From contig PS015210.1 of NCBI GenBank assembly GCA_048213135.1, forward strand, positions 1 to 32,677: a stretch of 32,677 nt of DNA. The letters are read 5' to 3'. A model generated the notes under the pieces. The model did not search any database, was not told the origin of the DNA, and saw nothing but the letters and a program-made list of their open reading frames with translations. Shown here piece by piece: positions 1-11,711 of the stretch. The position numbers and the translations under genes were made by a program. The stretch's first letter is position 1; the number at the start of each line of letters is the position of its first letter. The stretch comes from Reclinomonas americana ATCC 50394. Its lineage: Eukaryota.

Positions 1-62
1 CCCCCTCTCCCCCTCTCCCCTCTCCCTTCACTCACTTCCTCCCTCACGCCACCCCCGATCAG

Positions 63-1048
63 CGGAGAGCTTGAGCGCCACAAGATTGGCGAGCAGGCGA
101 AAATCGTGGAGAGGCGAGCACACCACTTGGCGCGTCGCGTGGCCGAAAAGACGCGGGAGAACGCTGCGCGACGGCCCTCGGATCGCGACTACAGCTCCGG
201 CCTGCTGACTTCGTATGATCGAGGCCTGCGACAGTCGGAGGAGATGCGTCGCTGGTACGATAAGAATGTGGCGCCTTCGGAGGAGACGAGCACTGGTGCG
301 CAGCCGGCGTGGATGACCATGAGTGGCGTCAAGTCGCCGACAGTGTCGCAGCCGGAGCTGGGAGAACGGCAATGTTGCGCGCGCACACACTTGGGAGGGG
401 AAAGATGATGCGCATGCTTGGGCGCTCACATGGTGTTTAAGCAGACATGGCATCGGCGGCAGTCACCGAGGCAGCGACTCGTGTGGCACGACCCGTGCGC
501 GACTTGCTCGAGAGACCACGTGCAGTGCCACCGTTGCGTTGTTGATACGTATCGGAAAATCCCTTCTCGCGCACAGACGACTCACGAACACGTGACAGAC
601 GAGTCCACGCCGGTCGCCAGGCAGCACGAGTGTTGCGCGAGTCATGCGCTCCTGAACTGGAGGAGGAACCCAACATTCTCAAGCGCGAAAGCATTCTCAA
701 GCTGTCTCAGGCGCGCACGCAGACCCTCCGCGATCACGGTACTTGCTGTGCCCCATCAATCCTTTGTTCGCACTGCTGCTCACACTGCGGCTCATTTACA
801 GGTCTCGCCGACTACCGCCCCAATCCACCATTCGACATTGCGCCACCGGGCGATCAGCCGCCACGACGCCGAGTACAAGGTTGGTCGCCAAGCGCAGTTG
901 TCATTCTCGCAGACCATAGCGACTAATCTCTCAGTTTCTCCATTCATCAGCGCCTGCAGATCCGCAGCACGTGTACCGTCCACCGCCTCCACCATGGGGA
1001 CTCACGGATCCGTGGGAGGCGAATGCAGGTCGACTGGGATCCAAATAA
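63..1048 (+). CDS. Hypothetical protein, 5'-partial, at least 5 exons
   Basis: Phase-consistent GT-AG exon chain: GELERHKIGEQAKIVERRAHH...GERQ|YMASAAVTEAA...AVP|PRVHAGRQ...LRDH|GLADYRPNPPFD...RVQ|APADPQHVYRPPPPPWGLTDPWEANAGRLGSK* (TAA 1046-1048). No family recognised. Confidence 0.6.
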
Positions 1049-1411
1049 AGTGATGGACGACGGCATTTGGTATCTTCCGGACAACCTTGCACGTTACACG
1101 GCTTTGTTGCCAACGCCACTAACTATCTTTCTGCATTCCGTTGTTGAATTCGGCGTCAAATCCATGCCGCAGTCTTGTAGAAACGCCAGCTGAGGTTCTG
1201 GTGCTCACTCAAGAGGGTGATGCAGCTGTTTGGAAAAGTTGTTGTTGTTATTGCAGCAACCAATTGATGGCAGTGATGGACGACAGCGACACATGCACCA
1301 GCTCCTTCTCTTTGTTTTCCCGCGCGCGCAACACACACACGCACACGCTCCACTGTGCCTCCGCGTCTGCTCCGCACACCCTTTTGCCGCTTTCAGTGGG
1401 TTGAGAGGCAT

Positions 1412-2167
1412 ATGAGTCGCCAGCACCAACGTCCACCCGCTCGTCGCCTCCTCGACGACACAGACGAGGCCGCTGAAGACGACGACGATGCGTACGTGGC
1501 CTCACTGCCCGGCGCTGTGCATGCGTCGGACTTGACAGGCGGCGACTATGACGACGACGACAGCAGCGGAGATGAGGTGGAAGACGAGGAGGTGCGCAGG
1601 AGGAGCCGACCATTTCGCGACCCGCACAACAGCAGCAGCACACCGCGTTTGCCGGCGGCGGAGCGCACGAGGCGGCAAGAGGCAGTGGTGAGTGCGCGCA
1701 CACTGTCTGTCTCTTGCGCACAGTCTCTCATGTGAGGGGCTGTAGGCGAAAGCGGCCAAGGAGTTTTCGATTGCGCCGGCGGTGGATCACGAGGATGGGC
1801 CTGCGCAGCTGTCGCAGCAGGCACTGCGCAGGAAGCGCATTGATACGCTCATGCAGCAGCAAGCGTTGCGTTTGAGAGTTGTGGGAAGAGGGGAAGAGGG
1901 GGGGGAGGTAATATCGAGATATCGAACGGGAATTGGAGAGGGAGAGAGAGAGAGAGAGAGAGAGAGAAGAGAAGAGAACCATGCGGCATGTACAGTGCAG
2001 TGAGGAATATCCACTTGCTGCACGTGAACACCGCGCCACCAAGGCTCTGCTTCCATCATTGTCTTGTGTGTGTGTTTCTCTGTGACTCGTCGCTTTTCCG
2101 CTTTCCTTTTCCTGTGTGCACAGTAGACTCGCGTTGTCTCTCTGCATGACTGCCTTCCTCGTTCGTC
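1412..2167 (+). CDS. Hypothetical protein with acidic N-terminus, possibly membrane-associated; 3' part lost in gap 2168-2632
   Basis: ATG 1412 MSRQHQRPPARRLLDDTDE...RQEAV|AKAAKEFSIAP...MQQQ|AEEYPLAAREHRATKALLPS|FRLALSLCMTAFLVR runs into Ns. Intron phases are consistent and a hydrophobic stretch begins just before the gap. Confidence 0.55.
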
Positions 2168-3025
2168 NNNNNNNNNNNNNNNNNNNNNNNNNNNNNNNNN
2201 NNNNNNNNNNNNNNNNNNNNNNNNNNNNNNNNNNNNNNNNNNNNNNNNNNNNNNNNNNNNNNNNNNNNNNNNNNNNNNNNNNNNNNNNNNNNNNNNNNNN
2301 NNNNNNNNNNNNNNNNNNNNNNNNNNNNNNNNNNNNNNNNNNNNNNNNNNNNNNNNNNNNNNNNNNNNNNNNNNNNNNNNNNNNNNNNNNNNNNNNNNNN
2401 NNNNNNNNNNNNNNNNNNNNNNNNNNNNNNNNNNNNNNNNNNNNNNNNNNNNNNNNNNNNNNNNNNNNNNNNNNNNNNNNNNNNNNNNNNNNNNNNNNNN
2501 NNNNNNNNNNNNNNNNNNNNNNNNNNNNNNNNNNNNNNNNNNNNNNNNNNNNNNNNNNNNNNNNNNNNNNNNNNNNNNNNNNNNNNNNNNNNNNNNNNNN
2601 NNNNNNNNNNNNNNNNNNNNNNNNNNNNNNNNCTCTCTCTAGGTGTGCTCTCCTGGCCTCTCTGCTCTGCTCTTCGTTCTTCCCCTTTGTCCATCCCTCC
2701 ACATGCCTTCCCTTTCTCTTTACGATGCGCTCCATCCTGTGTTTTCTGTGGTGCTGTCGCCATCATCGTGTTACTCTCACACATCACTTCGTTCTCCCTC
2801 TTCATCCGCATTCATCTCCTCAGCCCCTCAACTTGTTGTTTTCTGGCGTGTTGCTCTCTCCTGGCCTCTCAGCTTCGCGCTCTCTCCTCCTTCACCTCGT
2901 CTTTCGTTTTCTCGCCGACTGTGTGTTGGCTGCTCTTTTCTCCCCTTTCGTTGATTTCTCCTGTAGATGAAGGAAGAACTTTCCTTTCCTCGCAATTGTC
3001 AATCCAATCACCGTGCCGACCACCG

Positions 3026-5499
3026 ATGGCGACGCCATCGCCGCCTCCACCGAGGCCGCCTCCCGAGTCGGCGCGTGAGTCGGCGTTTGTGCGACGCGGC
3101 ACTGCGCAGGCACTGTGGGAGGAGACGCGACGATTGCGCAAGGCCTCGGCGGAGACGGAGACACCCTTCACGCGACGCACACGCACTGCACTGATTAGCA
3201 GAGTGTCGCACATTCGCGAGAGGCTAGACTTTGAGAAGAGCAACAGAGATCAGGCGCAGATTCGGCGGAAACGCCTCACTGTCTCCGCACGCTCTGTGAT
3301 GGACATGATGGTGGTCGTCGGTACCGATGAAGATGGCAACACGGCGTTGCGTGCACTTAGAGGGAGAGAGCAAGAGAGAAGGGGGGGTTGGTTTGATACA
3401 GCGAGTGATGATGATGATGATGATGCTGATGATGGAAGAATGTCCGACGTTGATGGTTGTTTCTCACACCCGTGATGGTCTCACTCGCGCAGGTTCAACA
3501 AGCCCCCTGAAAACGAGTACTTTGAAACCAAGGGTGAGGCCACATGCGGCGCGGGTTGATGCTGTTGGTTTTGTTACTCATATCACATCATTCATTTTTT
3601 CGTACAGACATGGCATTCAGATCGTTGAGCTTCAAGAAGATGCCACCGCGTTTTGTGGAGCTCGTCGAATCCGGTTCGTCTCGCCCTCTGATTTGCCTCC
3701 ATACCCATGTTTCTGACTCCCGTCACTGCAGAGCTGTTTGACGAGTTTGTGCTGCAGCTCATTCGCTACTTTTTCGCACTCTTTACGCTGGAAAAGTACA
3801 TTGCCGAGGACACGGAAGCGTTGCGTGCATAGAGTGCGTACTTTCAGTCGAAAAGTGTGAGCTCAAAGATCCTCGTCACCTGCGCAGGCGACGCTGGCTG
3901 CCACCGCAGCGAGTGCTGGACATGGCGCCGGAATCGTGCGAGACCACGATGAATGACGCCTTTGCGATTGCCTCGCGCAAGTACTCGGCGATTTTGCTCA
4001 ACTTTTCCACACCCGCTGCTCGCTACTCTGACGAGTTGCTTTTCGAGGTGCGTTGGGTGGCCAGGGAGAGAGGCACGATATGTAGATTGTGTGGGCACTG
4101 TTTTTCTTGTTCATTAGTGTGTGAGTCGTGGCCCGCCGCTTTCTCATCGCTATCTCTGTTGCTTGTATGTGGGGTGTGGGTGTGGTGGGTGTGTACAGAA
4201 CTTCCATCGCCTCGACCCCGATCCCCGAGAGAACCTCTGCACATTCCGCGCCTTTCACCGTTTCACTGAGCAGAAAAATGTGGGTTATTTGTGTTCAGTT
4301 CGCCCTCCTCTTTTTTTCTGATCCTCTGTTCCTCGGCTTGCACAGCATCTGTACGATATTGTCAAGTTCATCCTCAAACGCACCTTCCGCGAAGAGAAGC
4401 TGTGGCCGGCCTTGGAGGTCGAGCTCGGCGGATTCTTCCGCACCCGCATGTTCAATCTCGACCAGCGACGTCATCAGTCCCAGCAGGTCACCTTTGAGGA
4501 TTTGCCGTACTCGTTCCGCTTTGCACTGCGCCAGTCCGGTGTGGCTGTGCCGACACTCAAGCTCACGCGCTCCAAACTGCGCGACATTATCACGGCCGCA
4601 TCGCCGTTTGTCGTGCAGATGAACGCCTGCAATCGCAAGCTCGATGTGCGTACACTGTGCTCGTGTCTCCCTCTCTCCTTCTTGTGTTGCTCACACACGC
4701 TGCGCGTAACAGCCTCAAGCGCGACCGCCGTCTGCTTCACTGACTCGCCACGATGCGCTGCATGTGGAAGCACGGCAGGTGGGCTCCGCCCTGGAGAACG
4801 CCACGTATCTCGCGCGTCCGCTGTCGGCCTCGAATGTCATCCCGCGTGTCCTCTCGTGTGGTACGCTTCGCGTTTCGCTCTCCTCCCTCTTGCGTGTCTC
4901 TTATTTGTGTGGTGGCCGAGCAGAAATGGACACGGACGTGCTGCGCCGCGTGGAGGAGATGCGCACGGCGTTGCGGCCGTTCCCGCGGGTCGTCAGCAAC
5001 GCAGCGCAGCACCGGCAAGATCTCGCCGCTCGCCAGTCGTCCTCCTCATCGCCCGCGCCACCGCCGCCTCCACCATCGTCAGGTCTCGACGATGGCACCG
5101 ACCTGGAGCGGCCACGGCGCGGCTTTTGCCTGCAAATGTTTTACGGTTGCGTCGCGCGCGCGACCATCCTCTCATTCCTTGCCAACGTGAGGCACTCATC
5201 TTGCTTGCTTGCTTGCTCGTGCAGCCTACCGTGCCGGTCTCAAACGCAAGGCCACCAGTCGCCCCGCCTCCAAGGACAGCCACCACCGTCCTCACCACCG
5301 CACAGCATCCTCCACCGCCACCGGCACCGACGCCCCTCAGCCTCCGAGCGCAGGCCAAGGAGCACCGACGAGCCCACCGGCCAAACCCGCCTCCAAAGCT
5401 CGCAAAGCCGGCAGTCTCCGCTGGCAGTCCAGCGCCGCCTCTGCCTCCCCACCAAGCGGCAGCAAGTCCATCAATGTGCAATCGGGATCACCCGCGTGA
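3026..5499 (+). CDS. PPP1R36-like (protein phosphatase 1 regulatory subunit 36 / PPPI_inhib family) protein, about 8-9 exons
   Basis: Spliced product contains LFDEFVLQLIRYFFALF, KYSAILLNFS...DELLFE|HLYDIVKFILKRTFREEKLWPALEVELGGFFRTRMFNLDQRR, which resembles the PPP1R36 pattern D-x-x-FFE-x-x-Y...IEEE-x-GRLFRT-x-MFN (from memory). Stop TGA 5497-5499. Confidence 0.55.
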
Positions 5500-5560
5500 A
5501 TGTACCATTACAATGCAATCGACGAACCAACCACCTAATCAACACTGTATTGTGATCCAC

Positions 5561-6391
5561 ATGCGCACGCTTACTCACCTTCTCCTCGCGCTCATTGTGT
5601 CGCTGGTGGTGGCCAGCAGCCTCACTGTGTCGGCGTTCAAGCTGCCAGTGAGCATCGACGAGGCCAAGGTGCACGAGATGATGCACAAGGTGCACGACAG
5701 CGTCACCAGTGGCGTGCACAAGCTGATGGAGTCGCTGCATCAGCATCAGCAGCATGAGCCCAAGGCCGCGGAGACTCTCAAGGGCGACATTGAGTGTGAT
5801 GGGTGCCAGATGATGATTGGCTTCCTTGAGGCGTTGCGTGCACTGGAGGAGGAATCACACGCACACGTGTGTCATGACTCTCTCTCTCTCTTACAGGTGG
5901 GTGACGGAGAACACCACTGAGGCAGAGATCTTCGAGTTTGTGGATAAGCTGTGCCCATACATTCCCAAGGAGTATCAGGTGTGTGTGTGTGAGAGAGAGA
6001 GAGAGAGTGCGTGTGTGCATTGATTGATCATTCTCATTTCGCTCGTCTACAGGCGGTGTGCCCGTACATGATCCAACAGGTTGACTGTCTCACTCACATG
6101 CTCACTGTCACCTCGCTCATCTCACTGACTCTTGTGTGTTGCGTGCGCGCAGATGGGCCCCATTGTGCTGTGGTCGATTACTCAGCGCGCCAACCCCAAG
6201 GTCTCGCCCTCTCTCTCTCTTTCGTTGGTGCCTTGTTGTGCTCACTCACCAGTGCGTGCGTGCAGGTGGTGTGCGAGGTGATGCGCCTGTGCCCGGCTCC
6301 GGTGGTCGGCGGCGCCCTGACCATCTCTGTGCCTGTGCCGGAGGATCGCAAGCTGGTGGAGAACAACAATCCGCGTCTGCGTGGCAACTAA
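5561..6391 (+). CDS. Secreted saposin-like protein (SAPLIP, single saposin B domain), 5 exons
   Basis: Signal peptide MRTLTHLLLALIVSLVVASSLTVSA, His-rich pro-region, then the spliced six-cysteine fold IECDGCQMMIGFLEAWVTENTTEAEIFEFVDKLCPYIPKEYQ|AVCPYMIQQ|MGPIVLWSITQRANPK|VVCEVMRLC. TAA 6389-6391. Confidence 0.9.
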
Positions 6392-6518
6392 CGCCTCCCC
6401 CCCGCACTCCCTTCTTCCCTGCCCTCTCCATCTTTGCTTCTGAATTGAATCCCTTACCCCCCGAGTTACACTCGCTGACGAGCCCATTGTCGTTTTCATT
6501 CATAACATGTCGCTCTGC

Positions 6519-9500
6519 TCATCGCGGCACGGCTTTCCTTCTCATGGCGCGGATCTTGGTGACCACGCCGGCGGCCACGGTCTGCGAGCCCTGGCGCAAG
6601 GTGACGCGGCCGAGCGCGCGGAAGTCGGCGTACAGCTCCAAGCAGATGCGGCGATCGCACTGCAGCTCAATCAGCGCCGCCGTGTTCTTTGGTATGCAGC
6701 GCGGCCGTTTCTGGCTCTTGGCCTGGCCCTGCTTGTCCAGAATGGAGACGAGCTTGCGCACCACGGCACTCACGCTAATCGCCTGTGCAAAAAAAGGGAA
6801 AGGGGGATGGATGTTGAGATTGTGGTCGTCGTCGCATCATCAGGGAAAGTGCCGCACCTGTGTGTGCACCATGACTTGCGATCCTTGCAGCAGCGGCACC
6901 GGCAGGTCAAAGGTGAGAATACGGCAGTAGAACTTGCGGCACAACTTGACCGGCTGCAGCACGTCGCACAAGATCTGGCCCACGCGCAATCGCTCCACAT
7001 CAATGCCGGTCAGCGACACCTCCACATTGTCGCCGGCAATGGCCACTCTCGACTGCTGATTTTGCCGTTCAATGTTCTTCACCACGCAGAATTCGCTCGG
7101 CGGCATCACCATTAGCTGGGAAAAAGGGGAACGGGGTGGGGGGATAAGCCACGCAGAGACGGCAAGAGATAAACAGCTGCCGCGACTTACCCGGTGTCCC
7201 ACACGCAAAGTGCCGGCCTCGATCTTTCCGGCCACCAACACCTGTCCAAAGGTCTTGAACACATCCGACACCACCACGCGCGTCGGCATGCGCACCGGGC
7301 GCTCGGGAGGGCGGAAGACGTCTGCCCATATTAACGCAAGGGGTGTGAGACCTTGTACGCCTCCCTCTTTCACACTCAAGCACATGCGCACTCTGTCTCG
7401 CTCTCGTCCTCTGTGTCTTGCTCCTCTCAATCTCACATCATTGACTCGCTCAGTCTTGACTCCTTGATCTCATTCACTACCTCTCCCATCAAGTGCACAC
7501 ACACACTGCCTCACCCAATCAATCAGATTTCTTCAGTTTCTCTCTCTCTCTCTATCTCTTACACACAGACACACTCTCACTCTATTTCTCTATATCTTGC
7601 CCTTCCTCTCTCTATTTCTCTCTCAGTCTAATATTTTTGCCTCACTCACTCTTGACTCCGTGTTCACGCTTTGTCCGTCTATCACACACACTCCATCTCC
7701 ATCACTTTCTCCTTCGCACACTCCCTTCTGACTTTCCCCCTCCTATCCACTATTCTCTTTCTCTCCCTCCGCCTCTCCCTCTTTGCCCTTTCCCCTCTCT
7801 CCCTTTCCCCTCCCTCCCTTCCCGCGCACCAATCTGCTCCAACATCGTCGGACCATCGTACCACGCATCGAGTGCGGGAATGGCACCACGCACGACCAGA
7901 TTCTCGCCAGTGAGACCGCTGACCGGCACAAAGTGGACCATTCGCGCGTCAAAGCCAATACCACTCAAGTACTGCGTGAGCGCGTCGCGAATTTCCGCAA
8001 AACGACCGGGGTTCCAGTCAATGGCGTCCATCTTGTTCACCGCCACAATCAACTCGGAGACGCCGAGCGATCGGATGAGGATCGCGTGCTCCCGGGTTTG
8101 TCCGTTCGTGAAGCCCGCCTCAAATTCACCAGGTGTGGAGTCCACCACCAACACGGCCACATCGGCCTGAACACAGTAAAGCGTAAGGACAAGGGGGAAT
8201 GGGGGGTATTTCCTCAGTCGCAGATGACTTTCACCTGTGCAGCGCCGGTGATCATGTTGGGAATGAAATCGCGATGGCCAGGGGCGTCCAGGAGCGTCAC
8301 TGCGCGGTGCGCGGTCTCGAAATGCCTCACAGCCACGTCGACCGTCACACCACGCTCTCGCTCGGCGTCGTTCTCGTCGAGCACCCATGCGTACGCAAAC
8401 GATTCCTTGCCCATCTGTCCACGAAAAAAATATGGTGAGAAACCAAGCTGGCCTCAGACTGAAGTTAATGATCCCGACGCACCTCCTTGCTCTCCTTTCG
8501 GAACTTGTGCATTGTCTTCTGGTCCACATGACCGAGATCGGCGAGCAAATGGCCCATCATCGTGGACTTGCCGGCATCCACATGCCCGACCACCACCATG
8601 TTCAGCCGTTGCTTGCCCGACGCCAGCGAGTCGATCAGCTGCTGCACATCGTCGCTGGTGGCTGGCGATGGAGGGGCTGTGCAATCGCAGCGGTAAGACA
8701 CTCCACAAGGAGAGAAAGGCACATAATCACAACGCACCTGGCAACTCTTCACCCACGGCTCCACGCACTCCCGACCCGCTGGCAAAGCCACCATCGTCGT
8801 CATCACGAGCCGCCGCACTGCGGGTTGATACTCACTCGTCATCACCACAGCATATATGATACCGCAACTGTCACAAACCAACCTTCCCGTTGTCCCGGAG
8901 CCACTTGCACCACCGAGGCCCATCCCCTCCAGTGCCTCCTCCAAACCAGCTGTGCGCGAGAGACAAGAGCAAGTCAGACGACTGCACCAGTCGACAAACA
9001 ACATGGGTGATGGCGAAGCAACTCCTGGCAGGTGCAACAGGCGTGGCGGGCGCCGCTGCGGTCGGCGCCTTCTTGCCACTCTTGCCGCCAGCATCTGCGG
9101 CTACACACGGCGAGGTCATCGACCCGACGATGTGGACGAAATTGTGCACACTCACTCACTCACTCACCGCGCCCTTGAGTTGACGGCGGCGCCGGAGAGG
9201 CACCCTGGAAGCGACTGCGATCTGTGACACAACGTGCATCAAAATGAGCGCCATGCGCATCAGCTACCAGCTGTCCTTCCCCTCTATCTCCCTCTCTATC
9301 GCTCTCTCCGAAATCACACCAGCGTCAATGGTGCGCAGTGTGTGCGCCGACCACATGCTGAGAGCGTGCGCGGTGATTGGGAGCGACGGCGAACAGTGGG
9401 CGGCGTAGACGGTGGAGAGCGGAAGATTGTCTTCGCACAGGGCAGGACGTAGCGCCCGCACACGAGCGGCCGCCACCATGGAGGCGGGCGGGCGCGATCG

Positions 9501-10493
9501 GGCGGCAGCCGGCGATCGCGCACTACTCTCGTCGCACAGCGGACGCGCCAACAACTCCGTCTCGTGGCAGAGGGCGCGCAGATCGCGGTCACGCGCCGGC
9601 AGCTGCCACACATCGTCGGCATCGTCGGAGGGCGGCGGCGGCTGACCGATAACGCGAGCGGCGGTCGCCTCGAGCATGAGGCGGACGGCGTCCGACAGGG
9701 TGTTGCCGTCGGGCAAACGACGAGCCGACGGCACCGCACGCACACGGTGCTTGTACAGCGGAGCTCCTACGTGTCGCTTCTTCGTACCGGCCGCCGTCGG
9801 TGTGGGCAGCTGCGCGCGCGCCATCGCAGACAACTCGGCCGGCTCGGCCACACGAATGGTGCGACGGCGTGACGCAAACTGGGAAACCGGTGGCACATAC
9901 GCCACCGACTCGTCAATGTCGTCGAGCAGTGGTGCGGGTGCAGAGGGCGACACGACAGCTGCCGGCTCGGCAACCGGTGGCTTCGGTGCGATTCCAGCCA
10001 GCGGACCGGCGGTGCCGCGACCACCGGCCACCAGACCGCGACCGCGCCCACGCCCACGTCCTTCCCCAGCAGAGGAGGAGGAAGAAGAAGAAGGCGGATC
10101 GGCGGGTGTCGGGCGAGGAGGCGGCACAAACGAATCGTGATCCGCATCAGTGTCTTCGTCGCTGCTGTCGCCTGCCGCCACTGCGGCACCGCCGGCCGGC
10201 ACTCGAGGCGCCAACTCAGGAATCAAGCCGCCACCACCAATACCGCTAGCGCCTCGTCCACCCGCCAGCAGACCACGCCCTCGGCCACGGCCAATGGCCA
10301 CGACTGGGACGGCGGCGGATTGCGATGTGGGCGGCGCCGAAGGAGCTACTGTGGTCGCCGGTGCACGCTTGCCACCACTCGCGCCACCAAGTCCCGCTGG
10401 CTCGCCACTGGCCGCCAGCAGACTGTCAAGCAAGGCGGTGCCGTCATCGTCATCATCCTCGCCGCCGACAGTCGACCGCACACTCCCAGCCAC
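6519..10493 (-). CDS. HBS1L: HBS1-like translational GTPase (eEF1A/eRF3/HBS1 family) with a long low-complexity N-terminal region; probably continues upstream into the FHA exons
   Basis: G1 [45 protein letters not shown]3 [44 protein letters not shown]4 [15 protein letters not shown], and the domain III end [19 protein letters not shown]. These match HBS1 better than eEF1A or eRF3. Exons chain in phase up to the Pro/Gly/Ala-rich exon 9320-10493. Confidence 0.88.
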
Positions 10494-10638
10494 NNNNNNN
10501 NNNNNNNNNNNNNNNNNNNNNNNNNNNNNNNNNNNNNNNNNNNNNNNNNNNNNNNNNNNNNNNNNNNNNNNNNNNNNNNNNNNNNNNNNNNNNNNNNNNN
10601 NNNNNNNNNNNNNNNNNNNNNNNNNNNNNNNNNNNNNN

Positions 10639-11484
10639 TCACCGCCACCCAATTCCCGATCGCGCTTTCTCGCAGCACGAGGTGCGGGCTCTGCAAACGC
10701 GATTGATAGTGAGTGTCAACAAAGAAGGGAGACAAGAGCGACACACAAATGGCAACCGACCCCGAAACACGCCCGACGGCTGCGACACCATGTCGACAGT
10801 GGCACACTGTGGTGGACGACCACCTGCACTGGCCCGGATGAGCACACACGTACAGTCACTGTGATCCACAGCAACGTAACTCATCGAGTCCGCCGTGCCC
10901 ACATCGAACCGAAACACAAACTCAGCCGCCCGCGAGTCCTCCCACAGCTCTCCGACAGGCGTGTGCACCGCACCACCAATGGTCACAATGTCGCCATTGC
11001 TGCATGCACAACAACAGTCATGCAAGGAAGGGCGGCAAAGGAGGCAGCACACAGTGGGCACACGCAACCACAGCACTTGCTCCTTCACTCGTCGGTCGTT
11101 GACAAACACACCGTTGGTGGAGTCGTTGTCGCGCACCATCCACATGCCGGTGGCGGGCACCAGAGCAAAGGTGGCATGCAATCGGGAAATCATCCGTGGA
11201 CTATACACCGAATCGAATGTTCTGTGACACCGCAGCGAGTAATAAGACACATGCATACGCAAAAGCGTGTCTTGTGTGCCTGTGCGTGTGTGTATGTCAT
11301 GCACGCGCAACAGATCGGCATTGACGCGTCCAATGGTGAATCCATCGCGCAAGACCACCGAGTCGGGAATGCGCGGTGCCGGAGGAGCTGGCGAGGGTGC
11401 TGCTGCTGCGGCTGCAGACGACCCTGCACCATTGGTGCGCTTGCCGACCTTGGGGCGGCCGATGAAGATCAGCCGAGGAGGCAT
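10639..11484 (-). CDS. FHA (forkhead-associated) domain exons; likely the N-terminus of the HBS1-like gene
   Basis: ATG 11484 MPPRLIFIGRPK...FTIGRVNAD|LTFDSVYSPRMISRLHATF...WMVRDNDSTNGVFVNDRRVKEQVL|CNGDIVTIGG shows the FHA signatures GR, SRxHA and STNGxFVN. The last exon (EPAPRAARKRDRELGGG) is open into the gap. Confidence 0.85.
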   Translation of the reverse strand: MPPRLIFIGRPKVGKRTNGAGSSAAAAAAPSPAPPAPRIPDSVVLRDGFTIGRVNADLLRVHDIHTRTGTQDTLLRMHVSYYSLRCHRTFDSVYSPRMISRLHATFALVPATGMWMVRDNDSTNGVFVNDRRVKEQVLWLRVPTVCCLLCRPSLHDCCCACSNGDIVTIGGAVHTPVGELWEDSRAAEFVFRFDVGTADSMSYVAVDHSDCTCVLIRASAGGRPPQCATVDMVSQPSGVFRGRLPFVCRSCLPSLLTLTINRVCRARTSCCEKARSGIGWR

Positions 11485-11711
11485 GTCGCCGCAAGAAAGG
11501 ACACAGAGACACGGAGACACGCGCGTATGTGTGGGACCACGAAGGAAGTGGGAAGGGGAGAGGAGAGCGCGGAGTGGGCGCCGTTGCGTGGCTCTCTCTC
11601 CGCGTTCGTTGCTTGTGTGTGTGTGATGACGTGTTCCCGCCACGGACATACGTTTCTGCATGGACAACTCCCTTTCCCGCACAATTCAACAGCAGCAGGC
11701 TGTACATGCCT

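Noticed and set aside
4412-5920. 502-aa ORF suggesting a PPP1R36-saposin fusion
   Set aside because: It reads through introns and off-frame exons. The spliced upstream gene stops at 5499 and the saposin has its own ATG and signal peptide at 5561.
9180-9500. Ski7-like exosome-binding motifs in the HBS1 N-terminal region ([19 protein letters not shown])
   Set aside because: Only a vague resemblance to the PSxFA and FxxPSPDD patterns; key residues are missing and all GTPase motifs are intact as in HBS1.
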